Below, one piece after another: positions 1 through 8,206 of a stretch of 24,000 bases of DNA. Within the stretch, counting starts at the first letter, position 1; each line of letters starts with the position of its first letter. The stretch comes from Actinomycetota bacterium (GTDB taxonomy: Bacteria > Actinomycetota > Actinomycetes > Streptomycetales > Catenulisporaceae). The stretch covers positions 1-24,000 of the forward strand of contig JBKOWZ010000021.1 in NCBI GenBank assembly GCA_046724665.1, given 5' to 3'. Both the position numbers and the translations under genes were made by a program. The notes below the pieces were generated by a model. That model did no database searches, was not told the origin of the DNA, and saw nothing but the letters and a program-made list of their open reading frames with translations.

Positions 1-1
1 G

Positions 2-190
2 GTCTACCCGCCCGCGCAGCACGCCGCCGACGGCAGCGCGACCCGCTCGGTCAACCCCTTCGTCGACGATCACGTCATAGACGCCCTCGCGCTGATCGCG
101 ATCGCCGCATACGGCACCGGCAGCCGCCTCGGCCTCGGAGCGCTGTGGGCCAAACTGCCGATCGTGCGCGACAACAAGGTCCTGTTGTAG
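2..190 (+). CDS. 3' end (last 62 codons) of a gene entering from the left edge; hydrophobic C-terminus, possibly a DoxX-like membrane protein
   Basis: The frame is open from the window edge to TAG 188-190 with G/C-rich third positions. Translation ends ...NPFVDDHVIDALALIAIAAYGTGSRLGLGALWAKLPIVRDNKVLL (hydrophobic helix plus basic tail). It is absent from the ORF track only because it has no start codon in the window. The family guess is from memory. Confidence 0.45.
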   Translation, partial: VYPPAQHAADGSATRSVNPFVDDHVIDALALIAIAAYGTGSRLGLGALWAKLPIVRDNKVLL

Positions 191-311
191 CGCGCGGCGT
201 CGGCAGGAGAACCGGGGCGACCCGAGGAGTGGCAGGAGTGGTAACGATGAGCGGCCGTGTCGGGACCGAAGGCGGGTTCCGGCCCGGACCGTTCGAAGGC
301 GGGAGGACCCC

Positions 312-1262
312 ATGACCGCATCGTCGCCGTCCACCGGATCGTTGCCGCGGACGGTACCATCAGCGCCGGCTGAGGCGGCTCGGCCGTCGAGCGACCGGCG
401 GCCGGTCGTCGTCGGGGTCGACGCCTCGCAGTTCGCGGTGCGGGCGACCGCGTGGGCCGCGGCCGAGGCGGCGGATCGCGGCGTACCGCTGCACCTGATC
501 CACGCCGTCGACGCCGCGCCGAGCTCGGCGCTGCCGGGGCCGGAATACGAGCTGGTCGCGGAATCTGACCGCGCCAGCCACCTGGGGGTGCTCGCGCAGG
601 CCAAGTATCGCGTGCGCGAGGCCCATCCCGAGCTGGAGCTGGTCACCGAACTGGCTCACCAGTCGCCGGCCGGCGCGCTGGTCGGCGCCAGCCGCGAGGC
701 GCAGTTGCTGGTCGTCGGCACGCGTGGACGCGGCGGGTTCGCCGGTTCATATCTGGGGTCGGTCAGCCTGCGGGTGGCCGCGCACAGCCACTGCCCGGTG
801 GTCCTGCTGCGCTCGCCTGGGCATGAGGGAAGCCGGTCGGGTGAGGTCGTGCTGGGGATGGAGCACCACGAGTCGCCGGACGCCGTGCGGTTCGCGTTCG
901 AGGCGGCCGCGCGCGCCGGCACCGGCGTGCGGGCCGTGCACGCTTGGGCGCCGTATCCGGCCCACGCGCAGGACTACCTCAGCGACACAGACATCCTCGC
1001 GCGTCTCGCGGCAGAGGACATGGTCAATGTATTGAAACCGGTGCGTGACGAGTACCCGGGCGTGCCGGTGAAGATCAGCGTCCTGCGCGGGCATCCGGCC
1101 GCGGTGCTCGCCGGGGCCTCGCGCGACGCGCGCCTCACGGTTGTCGGCGCCCACCGGCGGCTCGGGCCGCTCTCGCTCGGCGTCGGACCGATCGTGCAGG
1201 GGCTGCTCGGACTCGCCGAGTCGCCGGTCGCGGTCGTGCCGGTGCACGAGGCCGGGAGCTGA
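312..1262 (+). CDS. Universal stress protein, tandem UspA domains
   Basis: 316-aa ORF with GGGAGGA 5 nt upstream of the ATG. It has two Usp repeats: VVVGVDASQ...LHLIHAV and LLVVGTRGRGGFAGSYLGSVSLRVAAHSHCPVVLL (the G-2x-G-9x-G(S/T) ATP-binding type), then VVLGMEH...LTVVGAH. Confidence 0.9.
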   Translation: MTASSPSTGSLPRTVPSAPAEAARPSSDRRPVVVGVDASQFAVRATAWAAAEAADRGVPLHLIHAVDAAPSSALPGPEYELVAESDRASHLGVLAQAKYRVREAHPELELVTELAHQSPAGALVGASREAQLLVVGTRGRGGFAGSYLGSVSLRVAAHSHCPVVLLRSPGHEGSRSGEVVLGMEHHESPDAVRFAFEAAARAGTGVRAVHAWAPYPAHAQDYLSDTDILARLAAEDMVNVLKPVRDEYPGVPVKISVLRGHPAAVLAGASRDARLTVVGAHRRLGPLSLGVGPIVQGLLGLAESPVAVVPVHEAGS

Positions 1263-1280
1263 GCGGCGCGGAAGCGTCAG

Positions 1281-1994
1281 ATGGCAGAGACATCGAGAGC
1301 ACCGAATGTATCGGAGGCAGAGCGGATGCACGGCGGTTGTGTGAACGATGTGATGACCCGTCACGTGGTGTGCGTCCTCGATTTCACGCCCTACAAGGAC
1401 GTTGTGCGCGTGTTGCTCGATCACGGCGTCAGCGCGGTGCCGGTCGTCGACGAGCAGCGCCGGGTGCGCGGCATCGTCTCCGAAGCGGACCTGATCGAGA
1501 AGGAGGCCCAGCGGGGTGAGGGATACCCGGAGCCGTGGGAGTTGCTGACTCGGCGAGGGCGCGACCTGCACTCCAAGGCCGAGGCGCTATCGGCGGCCGA
1601 GCTGATGACCGCGCCGGCGATCACCGTGAAGGCGGACACCGCCATAGCGCAGGCCGCGCGGCTGATGCGCAAGTACGGGATCAAACGCCTGCCGGTGATC
1701 GACGCGAACGGCGTCCTGGTCGGCATCGTCAGCCGTGGCGATCTGCTCAAGCCGTTCCTGCGCTCCGACGAGGCGATCCGCGAGGCGGTCGTTCAGGACA
1801 TTCTGCGCGACAGCATGTGCATCGACCCGCAGTCGATCGACGTGCGCGTGTGCGATGGCGTGGTGACGCTGGACGGCGAGACGGAAAACGAGTTCGTCGC
1901 CCGCGATACCGTGCGTATGGTGCGTGAGATCGACGGCGTGGTGTCAGTGGTCGACCGGCTGCGTCATCGGATCGTCGGCCGTTCGGGTCTGTAG
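1281..1994 (+). CDS. CBS-pair plus BON domain protein (hypoxic-response-protein-like)
   Basis: 237-aa ORF. The two CBS motifs are VMTRHVVCV...GVSAVPVVDEQRRVRGIVSEADLI and LMTAPAITV...GIKRLPVIDANGVLVGIVSRGDLL. The C-terminal BON-like segment is IDVRVCDGVVTLDGETE...VREIDGVVSVVDRL. It is a paralog of 4893-5627. Confidence 0.85.
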   Translation: MAETSRAPNVSEAERMHGGCVNDVMTRHVVCVLDFTPYKDVVRVLLDHGVSAVPVVDEQRRVRGIVSEADLIEKEAQRGEGYPEPWELLTRRGRDLHSKAEALSAAELMTAPAITVKADTAIAQAARLMRKYGIKRLPVIDANGVLVGIVSRGDLLKPFLRSDEAIREAVVQDILRDSMCIDPQSIDVRVCDGVVTLDGETENEFVARDTVRMVREIDGVVSVVDRLRHRIVGRSGL

Positions 1995-1998
1995 ACGG

Positions 1999-3180
1999 TC
2001 AGTGCGCGGGGTCCAGGCCGTGGTGCGGAAACACCGCCCGGCGCGTCGCCAGGATCCCCTGGTCGAGCGGGCTCGCCGGATCGTAACCGCTGGACCATGG
2101 GGCCGGCGCCGGCTCCTGGCCGTCGGACATGGTCGGCGGCGCGGCGCGGCCGGTGCGTTCGACGGCCAGTGCACGCCACGCCGCCGGGAGCTTGGCGTGC
2201 GGCGCGATGGGGCGGTGCGCCGCCTCGGCCAGCACATGCGTCCAGATCCGCGGCACGACGTATACGACCGCGTACCCGCCGCCGCCGAACAGCACCCACC
2301 TGCCGTCGGTGTGTTCGTGGGCGAGTCGGTGCAGCCGCTGCACGGTCGCGCGCTGCCCGTCCACGGTCAGCATCAGGTGCGCCAGCGGGTCGAACGCGTG
2401 GCTGTCGCAGCCGTGCTGCGTGACCAGGATCTCCGGTTCGAACGCGGCGAGCAGCGGGGGCACCACGGCTTCGAACGCGCGCAGCCAGGCCGCGTCGCGG
2501 GTCTTCGCCGGCAGCGTGACGTTCACGCTCATGCCCGCTGCCCTCGGCCCGCCGATCTCGCTAGGTAGGCCGGTGCCTGGGAACAGGGTGCTGGGATGCT
2601 CGTGCAGGCTGATCGTCAGAACCCTGGGATCGTCGTGGAACGCCGCCTGGACGCCGTCGCCGTGGTGGGCGTCGACGTCGACGTACGCGACACGCTGCGC
2701 GCCCTGGTCGAGCAGGCGCGCGATGGCGATCGCGACGTCGTTGTAGAGGCAGAAACCGGAGGCGTGTTCGCGCATGGCGTGGTGCAGGCCGCCGGCCATG
2801 TTCGCCGCGTGCGGGGCGCGCCCGGACCACACCGCGTCGGCGGCGGCGACGCTTGCGCCGGCGACGAGCGCGGATGCCTCGTGCATGGCGGGGAAGACCG
2901 GATTGTCGTCGGTGCCCAGGCCGTAGCGCAGCCGCTCGCCGTAGCCGATGTGGTTGACGTTCTTGACCGCGCGGATGTACTGCGGCGCGTGTACCAGTTC
3001 CAGCAGTTCGTCTTCGGCGGGCCGCACCGGTTCGAACGAGACTTCCGGCGCGTCGAGCAGGCCGAACTGCCGGGCCAGCGCCATCGTCAGCTCCAGGCGC
3101 ACCGGCGCGAGCGGGTGGTCGTGGCCGAAGTCGTACGACGTCAGCGCGTCGTCCCACGGAATTCGCAGCACTGCGCCCAT
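1999..3180 (-). CDS. acuC: Acetoin-utilisation AcuC / class I histone-deacetylase-family protein deacetylase
   Basis: HDAC signatures are GGLHHAMREHASGFCLYNDVAIA and YVDVDAHHGDGVQAAF. I chose ATG 3180 (MGAVLRIPWDD...) over the track start at 3279 because GGAGG lies just upstream and the extra 33 codons look non-coding. Confidence 0.9.
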   Translation of the reverse strand: MGAVLRIPWDDALTSYDFGHDHPLAPVRLELTMALARQFGLLDAPEVSFEPVRPAEDELLELVHAPQYIRAVKNVNHIGYGERLRYGLGTDDNPVFPAMHEASALVAGASVAAADAVWSGRAPHAANMAGGLHHAMREHASGFCLYNDVAIAIARLLDQGAQRVAYVDVDAHHGDGVQAAFHDDPRVLTISLHEHPSTLFPGTGLPSEIGGPRAAGMSVNVTLPAKTRDAAWLRAFEAVVPPLLAAFEPEILVTQHGCDSHAFDPLAHLMLTVDGQRATVQRLHRLAHEHTDGRWVLFGGGGYAVVYVVPRIWTHVLAEAAHRPIAPHAKLPAAWRALAVERTGRAAPPTMSDGQEPAPAPWSSGYDPASPLDQGILATRRAVFPHHGLDPAH

Positions 3181-3295
3181 GGCCGCCTCCGCCTGCCTCC
3201 AATTGTCACCACTTTCCACTGTCGCACGCGAAAGGCGGCCCGAACACGGACCTATGGCACTGTCGACCGCGCGCACCACAACAGAGAATCAATCC

Positions 3296-4237
3296 ATGGA
3301 AATGGACGCCGACGGGCTCGAGGTGCTTTCCCGGGCCAAGGCCATCGCGCTGCTGGAGACGCGCGAGGTCGGCCGGCTGGTGTACACCCGGCGCGCGCTG
3401 CCGGCGATCCGGCCGGTGAACTACGCGGTGCGCGGGGGAGCGGTGCTGATCTGGACGGGCTCGACCTCGTCGCTGGGCCAGGCGGTGCGGGGCGCCGTCG
3501 TCGCCTTCGAGACCGACGCGTTCGACCGGGTCGCCCGGTCGGGCTGGTCGGTCGTGGTGACCGGTACCGCACAACTGGTCACCGACGCCGCGCAGCTGGT
3601 GCACGCCCGGCTGGACGGCCCGGTGCCGTGGGCGCCGGGCGTTAAGGAGCACCTGATTCCGCATCCCGTTGATGATCGTCACCGGTCGCTGGCTGGCGGC
3701 GCGCGCGGACGAGACCATCGGCGCGCGGCCGTAGGTCTAATGTCCCTGACCGCTTCGCCGGCGCGGCGGCACGATCGAAGTATGGAAACCGACGCCACCG
3801 GCAACAGCCTCGCGATACTCGAATCCCGAACCGCCTCGGCCCTGATGAGCGCGCCATGCGGCATCGTGCGCAGCGATGCCAGTGTGTGGGAGGTCGTCGA
3901 ACGCTTTCTGACCGGTCCCGCGCGGCATGTGGTGGTCGTCGACGGCGCCGGGCAGTACGTGGGCGTCATCGGCGCCCGGCACCTGGCCGGGCTCTGGCCG
4001 CTGGACCTCAAGCGGCTTAAGGCGACCCCGGTCGAAAGCCTCGGCTGCGCGACGTGGATCGCGTTGCGCCCGCACGACGACCTGCGCACCTGCGCCCGGA
4101 CGCTGACCGAGTACCAGCTGGACGCGGCGCCCGTCCTCGACGAGGACGCGCGCGTCGTCGGCGTGGTCACGGCACGCGACATCACTCGCGCCGTCGCCGA
4201 CGCGCCCGACCACCAGCAGCGGATCTGGCAGGAGTAG
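3296..4237 (+). CDS. Continuous ORF with an N-terminal pyridoxamine-5'-phosphate-oxidase-family (Pyridox_ox_2-like) domain read in frame into a C-terminal CBS pair; probably two ancestral genes joined by a 1-nt frameshift (see findings)
   Basis: PPOX-like part: LSRAKAIALLETREVGRLVYTRRALPAIRPVNYAV...GWSVVVTGTAQLV. CBS part: LMSAPCGIV...VVVVDGAGQYVGVIGARHL and LDAAPVLDEDARVVGVVTARDI. An alternative start is ATG 3254. The track ORF start at 2948 lies antisense inside acuC and is rejected. Confidence 0.6.
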   Translation: MEMDADGLEVLSRAKAIALLETREVGRLVYTRRALPAIRPVNYAVRGGAVLIWTGSTSSLGQAVRGAVVAFETDAFDRVARSGWSVVVTGTAQLVTDAAQLVHARLDGPVPWAPGVKEHLIPHPVDDRHRSLAGGARGRDHRRAAVGLMSLTASPARRHDRSMETDATGNSLAILESRTASALMSAPCGIVRSDASVWEVVERFLTGPARHVVVVDGAGQYVGVIGARHLAGLWPLDLKRLKATPVESLGCATWIALRPHDDLRTCARTLTEYQLDAAPVLDEDARVVGVVTARDITRAVADAPDHQQRIWQE

Positions 4238-4242
4238 GTCCC

Positions 4243-4896
4243 ATGTCCGCCGGTCCGGAAACACTCAGCACGGTGCCGCGGCCACGTCGCGCGGCTCCCA
4301 TCGTCGTCGGACTCGACGACGGCGAGGCGTCGCTGGCCGCGTTGCGTTGGGCGGCCGGCGAAGCGGTGGCGCATCGCGCACCGCTGATCGCCGTCCACGT
4401 GCTCGACCCGCGTTCCCACGGCTTCGCGCCCTACGCGTGCTCCGGCTCGGACGAGGCGGACGAACTGGGGCAGTCGGCACGGCCCGACGACGCGGCCGCC
4501 GTCAAGCGGATGATCGCCGCGAGCGGCATCGATCCCACGCTGCGCCTCTTCGAGGTCGGCGTGCCCAGCCAGGTGCTGGTGCGCTGCGCGATCGGCGCGC
4601 GCATGCTCGTGCTCGGACACGCCGACCACCACCGCGACCGTGACGGCGAGACCTTCCGCGGCCCGATGCTCGGCTCCGTAGCGCGTGCCTGCACGGCCCG
4701 CGCGACGTGCCCGGTCGTGGTGATCCCGATTCCGGAACGCCATCCGGCGCCCGACACCGCCGAACCGGAGCCGAAGCGTGTCGAGGTCGCGCAGAGCGCG
4801 CCGCTGGTCGGCGGCCGCGCCATCTACCCGAAACGTCAACTGGTGCCGATCGCGCACGGCCATGCCGCGCCGGCCCGAAAGGATGTGAACCGATGA
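4243..4896 (+). CDS. Universal stress protein (single Usp domain with a Pro/Ala-rich C-terminal tail)
   Basis: ATG 4243 lies 5 nt after the upstream TAG. Motifs are PIVVGLDDGEASLAALRWAAGEA...LIAVHV and MLVLGHADHH...GPMLGSVARACTARATCPVVVIP. Its stop overlaps the next start (ATGA at 4893-4896). Confidence 0.85.
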   Translation: MSAGPETLSTVPRPRRAAPIVVGLDDGEASLAALRWAAGEAVAHRAPLIAVHVLDPRSHGFAPYACSGSDEADELGQSARPDDAAAVKRMIAASGIDPTLRLFEVGVPSQVLVRCAIGARMLVLGHADHHRDRDGETFRGPMLGSVARACTARATCPVVVIPIPERHPAPDTAEPEPKRVEVAQSAPLVGGRAIYPKRQLVPIAHGHAAPARKDVNR

Positions 4897-5627
4897 GCTC
4901 CGCGCTTACGCCCACCGAAATGCACGCCGCGGGACTGGACACCACCGCGGTACGCGACGTCATGTCCACGGACGTGGTCACCGTCCGCTCGTTCGCGCCG
5001 TTCCGCCGGATCGCGGCGATCATGCTCAGTCGCGGCATCGGCGCGGTGCCCGTCGTCGATTCGATGGGGCACGCGATCGGTGTCATCTCGCGCACCGACC
5101 TGATCGCCAAGCAGGCCGCGAACGCCGAAGGCCAGTCCGAGCTGTGGGAACTGCTCTCCCGCCGCGGCCGGCGTGCCCAGGCACGCAGCGACGCGGCGAC
5201 GGCCGGCCGCTTGATGACTCCCGACGTCGTCACGGTGACGCCGGAGACGGCAGTGGCACGCGCCGCGTATCTGATGGAGCGCCACGCCGTCAGCCACCTG
5301 CCGGTGGTCAACGACCGCGACGTGGTGGTCGGCATCGTCTCGCGCAGCGACCTGCTGCACGCATACCTGCGCGATGACCGCGAGATCCGGTCCGACGTCC
5401 TGCGTAGCCTCGAAGCGTACGTACCCGACGAGGACCTGGAGAAGATCGAGGTGCGCGTCGCCGAGGGCGTCGTCAAGCTGGTCGGCCCCATCGAGCGTCG
5501 TTACGCCGCACACGCCGTGCGTCACGCACGAGTCGTGCGCGGAGTCGTGGACGTCGTCGACGAGCTGGACCGACGCGACAACGAGACGGTGGAGATCGAA
5601 GCCTTCAACCCGGGGCCGATCTTCTAG
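4893..5627 (+). CDS. CBS-pair plus BON domain protein, paralog of 1281-1994
   Basis: The start is the ATG of the ATGA overlap at 4893. CBS motifs are VMSTDVVTV...GIGAVPVVDSMGHAIGVISRTDLI and LMTPDVVTV...AVSHLPVVNDRDVVVGIVSRSDLL. The BON-like tail is IEVRVAEGVVKLVGPIE...VRGVVDVVDEL. The N-terminal xEMHxxG also matches the paralog. Confidence 0.85.
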   Translation: MSSALTPTEMHAAGLDTTAVRDVMSTDVVTVRSFAPFRRIAAIMLSRGIGAVPVVDSMGHAIGVISRTDLIAKQAANAEGQSELWELLSRRGRRAQARSDAATAGRLMTPDVVTVTPETAVARAAYLMERHAVSHLPVVNDRDVVVGIVSRSDLLHAYLRDDREIRSDVLRSLEAYVPDEDLEKIEVRVAEGVVKLVGPIERRYAAHAVRHARVVRGVVDVVDELDRRDNETVEIEAFNPGPIF

Positions 5628-5651
5628 GCGCGCGCAGGAAGGCGGTCCGCG

Positions 5652-8165
5652 ATGGACATCGGGGCGATGGATGCCGACCTCGGGCCCGTCGGCACTCTGC
5701 CGGGCGGCTCCCATGCGTCCGCGTCCAACGCGGACCACGCCCCATCCGCGTCCTACGCGCTGCTGACCGATGGACGCTGTGTACTGATTCGGCCAGCCAC
5801 GCCGAACGACTGGCAGGCCGTGCACGACTTCGCCGCCGCACTCGGCAGAACCAGCGTTTACCGCCGTTTCTTCGGCTACGTGAAGTACCCGGGCAGGCTG
5901 ATGGCAGACGCGGCTTGCTCGCCGGCGCCCCCGGGGATACCCAGGCCGCGCGGCGCGCTCCTCGGCCTGCTCGACGGCGAGGTCGTCGGGCTGGCCGAAT
6001 GGATCCGCGCCGAGGACCCGCAGGAGGCCGAGATAGCGTTCGCGGTCGCGGACCGGCTGCAGGGACACGGCATGGCCACGCTGCTGGCCGAGCACCTGGC
6101 GGATGCTGCCGCCCGAGCGGGGATTCAGCGCTTCACCGCCGTCACGCAGGCCGAGAACAGCGCGATGATCGAGGTGTTCACCATGTTGGGCCTGCCGGTG
6201 GACAGGTCCTGGGACTGCGACACGCTGGTGGTGAGCGTGCAGTTGGACGTGCGCGCGGCCGAGCGCGTCGCACTGCTCGACGCGGCCGCGCGGCGCGAGC
6301 GCATCGCGGACGACGCCAGTCTGCGCCACCTCCTCACGCCGAGTTCCATCGCGGTGATCGGCGACCCGGCTGACGCGACGACTGCGGCGCTGCGCGAGCA
6401 CTTACGCGGATTCACCGGCCGCGTCTGGTTCACCGGCCCAGACGGCGCCGACCTGGACGCGGACGCCAAAGCCGAACTCGCGGTGATCACCTCTTCGCCG
6501 CAGCTCGCAGTCCGGGCCGCGCGCGCGTGCGCTGAGCGCGGCGTGCGGGCCGTGATCGCGACATCGACAGGGTTCGACGACACGACGGGACGCGCTCTGC
6601 TCGAAGCCTGCCGCGCAGGGGGCATTCGGCTGCTCGGCCCGGGCAGCCTCGGCGTCGTGAACACTGTCATACCCCGCGCAGAGGTCGATGACGCGGCCGC
6701 GGAAGCGCCCGATACAACGGCGCCCGGCGGGCTTAACGCGAGCCTGGCGCCGGGACCGTTCAGCGCGGGGCCGGTCGGGGTCGCGGTGCAGTCGGGCGGC
6801 GTCGGCTTGACGATCCTGAGCCACCTGGGCCGGCTCGGTATCGGCATCGCCACCTTCGCGGCGGTCGGCGACAAGTACGACGTGAGCGCGAACGACCTGC
6901 TGATGCACTGGCAGGGCGATCCGGAGATCCGGCTCGGGCTGCTGCACGTCGAGTCGTTCGGCAACCCGCGCAAGTTCGCCCGCACCGCGCGGGCGCTCTC
7001 CCGCCGGATGCCGCTGCTCGCGGTCGATCCCGAACAGTCGCCGAGCCAGCCGCGCACCGCCCTCTACGCACAGGCCGGGATCACGGCCGTGCCGTCTGTC
7101 GGCGCGCTGATCTGCGCGGCAGCACTGCTGGCAGATCAGCCGGCACCGCGCGGGCGACGTGTCGCCGTGCTCGGCAACACCCGCGGCATGGTGAGCCTGG
7201 CCGTGCAGTCCTGCGTCAAGGCGGGCCTCGATGTCGTGACGGCAGCCAACCTCACGCTACAGGCGGACGCAGGGCAACTCGCCGCCGCGCTCGCCGAGGC
7301 GGCCGAATCCGAAGCCTGCGACGCCGTGCTCGTCGCCCTGGCTCCGACCGCTTCCTCTGGTACTGCCGCTGCGGCGAACTGTCCCGCTACGGCGGATATG
7401 TCCTCTCAGCGAATCGCGCTCACGAACGCCACGCCACGGCGCGAGATCCCGCTGGTCGTCGTGCACGCCGAGCAAGCCGAAACCGTCACCGTGCGTCCCG
7501 GAACGAACGTCCTGGCAGCAGGCCTGCCGAGTGATCGCGTGCCGAGTTACAACGACGCCGCGACCGCTGCCGCCGCTCTCGCTGTCGCCGCCTCGGCCGC
7601 CGCCGTGCGCGACCGCCCGGACGATCCGCCGCCCGCGCTGGAGGGAACCGACCGCGCGGCGGCGCAGCGCGTCATCGAGGGCTGCCTCAGTACGTCACCG
7701 CATGGCAAGGCACTGACCCCGGCCGAACGCTCCGCGCTACTCGAAGCCTTCGGCGTGACGGCCGCACGCGGCGACACCGGGCCCGGCGGGTTCGAGCGCG
7801 AGACGCGTCGGCTGACCGTCATCGCCTGGCAGGACTTCCTCTTCGGCCCGCTGCTCACCTGCGCGCGTGTCGACGACTCGGCCCCGCGTGCCACGCTGCT
7901 CGCCCTGGCCGGTGCCGAGGACCTGGCCGGCCTCTGCCGGCGAGCGATCGGCGCACTGCCGAATCCCGACTGCGCGAACCTGACCGATCTGCTGGCACGT
8001 GTCGCAGCACTCGCCGACGAGTTTCCTCAAATCGCCTCGCTGCGTCTCGACCTCCTGCTGACCGAATGCGGCGCCGTGCGCGTCGTCGGTGGCGACGCCG
8101 AGGTCACCCCGGCGCGGCGGACGGACCCGTACCTGCGTCGCCTGCGCCGAGCACCTGTCGAGTGA
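5652..8165 (+). CDS. Bifunctional GNAT acetyltransferase / NDP-forming acyl-CoA-synthetase-family protein (Pat-like protein lysine acetyltransferase, GNAT-first domain order)
   Basis: 837 aa, with AGGAAGG upstream of the ATG. The N-terminal GNAT core is EIAFAVADRLQGHGMATLLAEHLADAAARAGIQRFTAVTQAENSAMIEVF. A CoA-binding / succinyl-CoA-ligase-like region follows (SSIAVIGD..., IRLLGPGSLGVVNT, VGVAVQSGGVGLTILS...FAAVGDKYDVSANDLL). The ATP-grasp-like C-terminus ends DPYLRRLRR. Confidence 0.85.
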   Translation: MDIGAMDADLGPVGTLPGGSHASASNADHAPSASYALLTDGRCVLIRPATPNDWQAVHDFAAALGRTSVYRRFFGYVKYPGRLMADAACSPAPPGIPRPRGALLGLLDGEVVGLAEWIRAEDPQEAEIAFAVADRLQGHGMATLLAEHLADAAARAGIQRFTAVTQAENSAMIEVFTMLGLPVDRSWDCDTLVVSVQLDVRAAERVALLDAAARRERIADDASLRHLLTPSSIAVIGDPADATTAALREHLRGFTGRVWFTGPDGADLDADAKAELAVITSSPQLAVRAARACAERGVRAVIATSTGFDDTTGRALLEACRAGGIRLLGPGSLGVVNTVIPRAEVDDAAAEAPDTTAPGGLNASLAPGPFSAGPVGVAVQSGGVGLTILSHLGRLGIGIATFAAVGDKYDVSANDLLMHWQGDPEIRLGLLHVESFGNPRKFARTARALSRRMPLLAVDPEQSPSQPRTALYAQAGITAVPSVGALICAAALLADQPAPRGRRVAVLGNTRGMVSLAVQSCVKAGLDVVTAANLTLQADAGQLAAALAEAAESEACDAVLVALAPTASSGTAAAANCPATADMSSQRIALTNATPRREIPLVVVHAEQAETVTVRPGTNVLAAGLPSDRVPSYNDAATAAAALAVAASAAAVRDRPDDPPPALEGTDRAAAQRVIEGCLSTSPHGKALTPAERSALLEAFGVTAARGDTGPGGFERETRRLTVIAWQDFLFGPLLTCARVDDSAPRATLLALAGAEDLAGLCRRAIGALPNPDCANLTDLLARVAALADEFPQIASLRLDLLLTECGAVRVVGGDAEVTPARRTDPYLRRLRRAPVE

Positions 8166-8206
8166 TCGGGTGACCGCAGCTTTCCACCTCGAGCGCCCTA
8201 CGCGGC

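Noticed and set aside
70-360. 96-aa minus-strand ORF spanning the first intergenic region
   Set aside because: It overlaps the 3' end of the left-edge gene and the start of the first USP gene. Its translation is Pro/Arg/Ala/Ser-rich and it has no SD, so it is likely spurious.
2948-3295. Upstream part of the 429-aa ORF 2948-4237
   Set aside because: It overlaps the acuC coding region antisense, and its translation (MWLTFLTARMYCGACTSSSSSSS...) is non-protein-like. The PPOX homology begins only around 3296.
4836-6401. 521-aa minus-strand ORF, plus similar antisense ORFs at 747-1571, 2596-3645, 3679-4863, 4502-5491, 6125-7057, 14427-15839 and 15077-16396
   Set aside because: All overlap well-supported genes on the other strand or in another frame. 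All have Arg/Pro/Gly-rich low-complexity translations and no motifs, so I treat them as high-GC artefacts.
8166-8206. Possible terminator between the convergent acetyltransferase and USP genes
   Set aside because: Only weak 4-5-bp complementarity (CCGC...GCGG) is present in the 41-nt gap, so no convincing stem-loop can be called.
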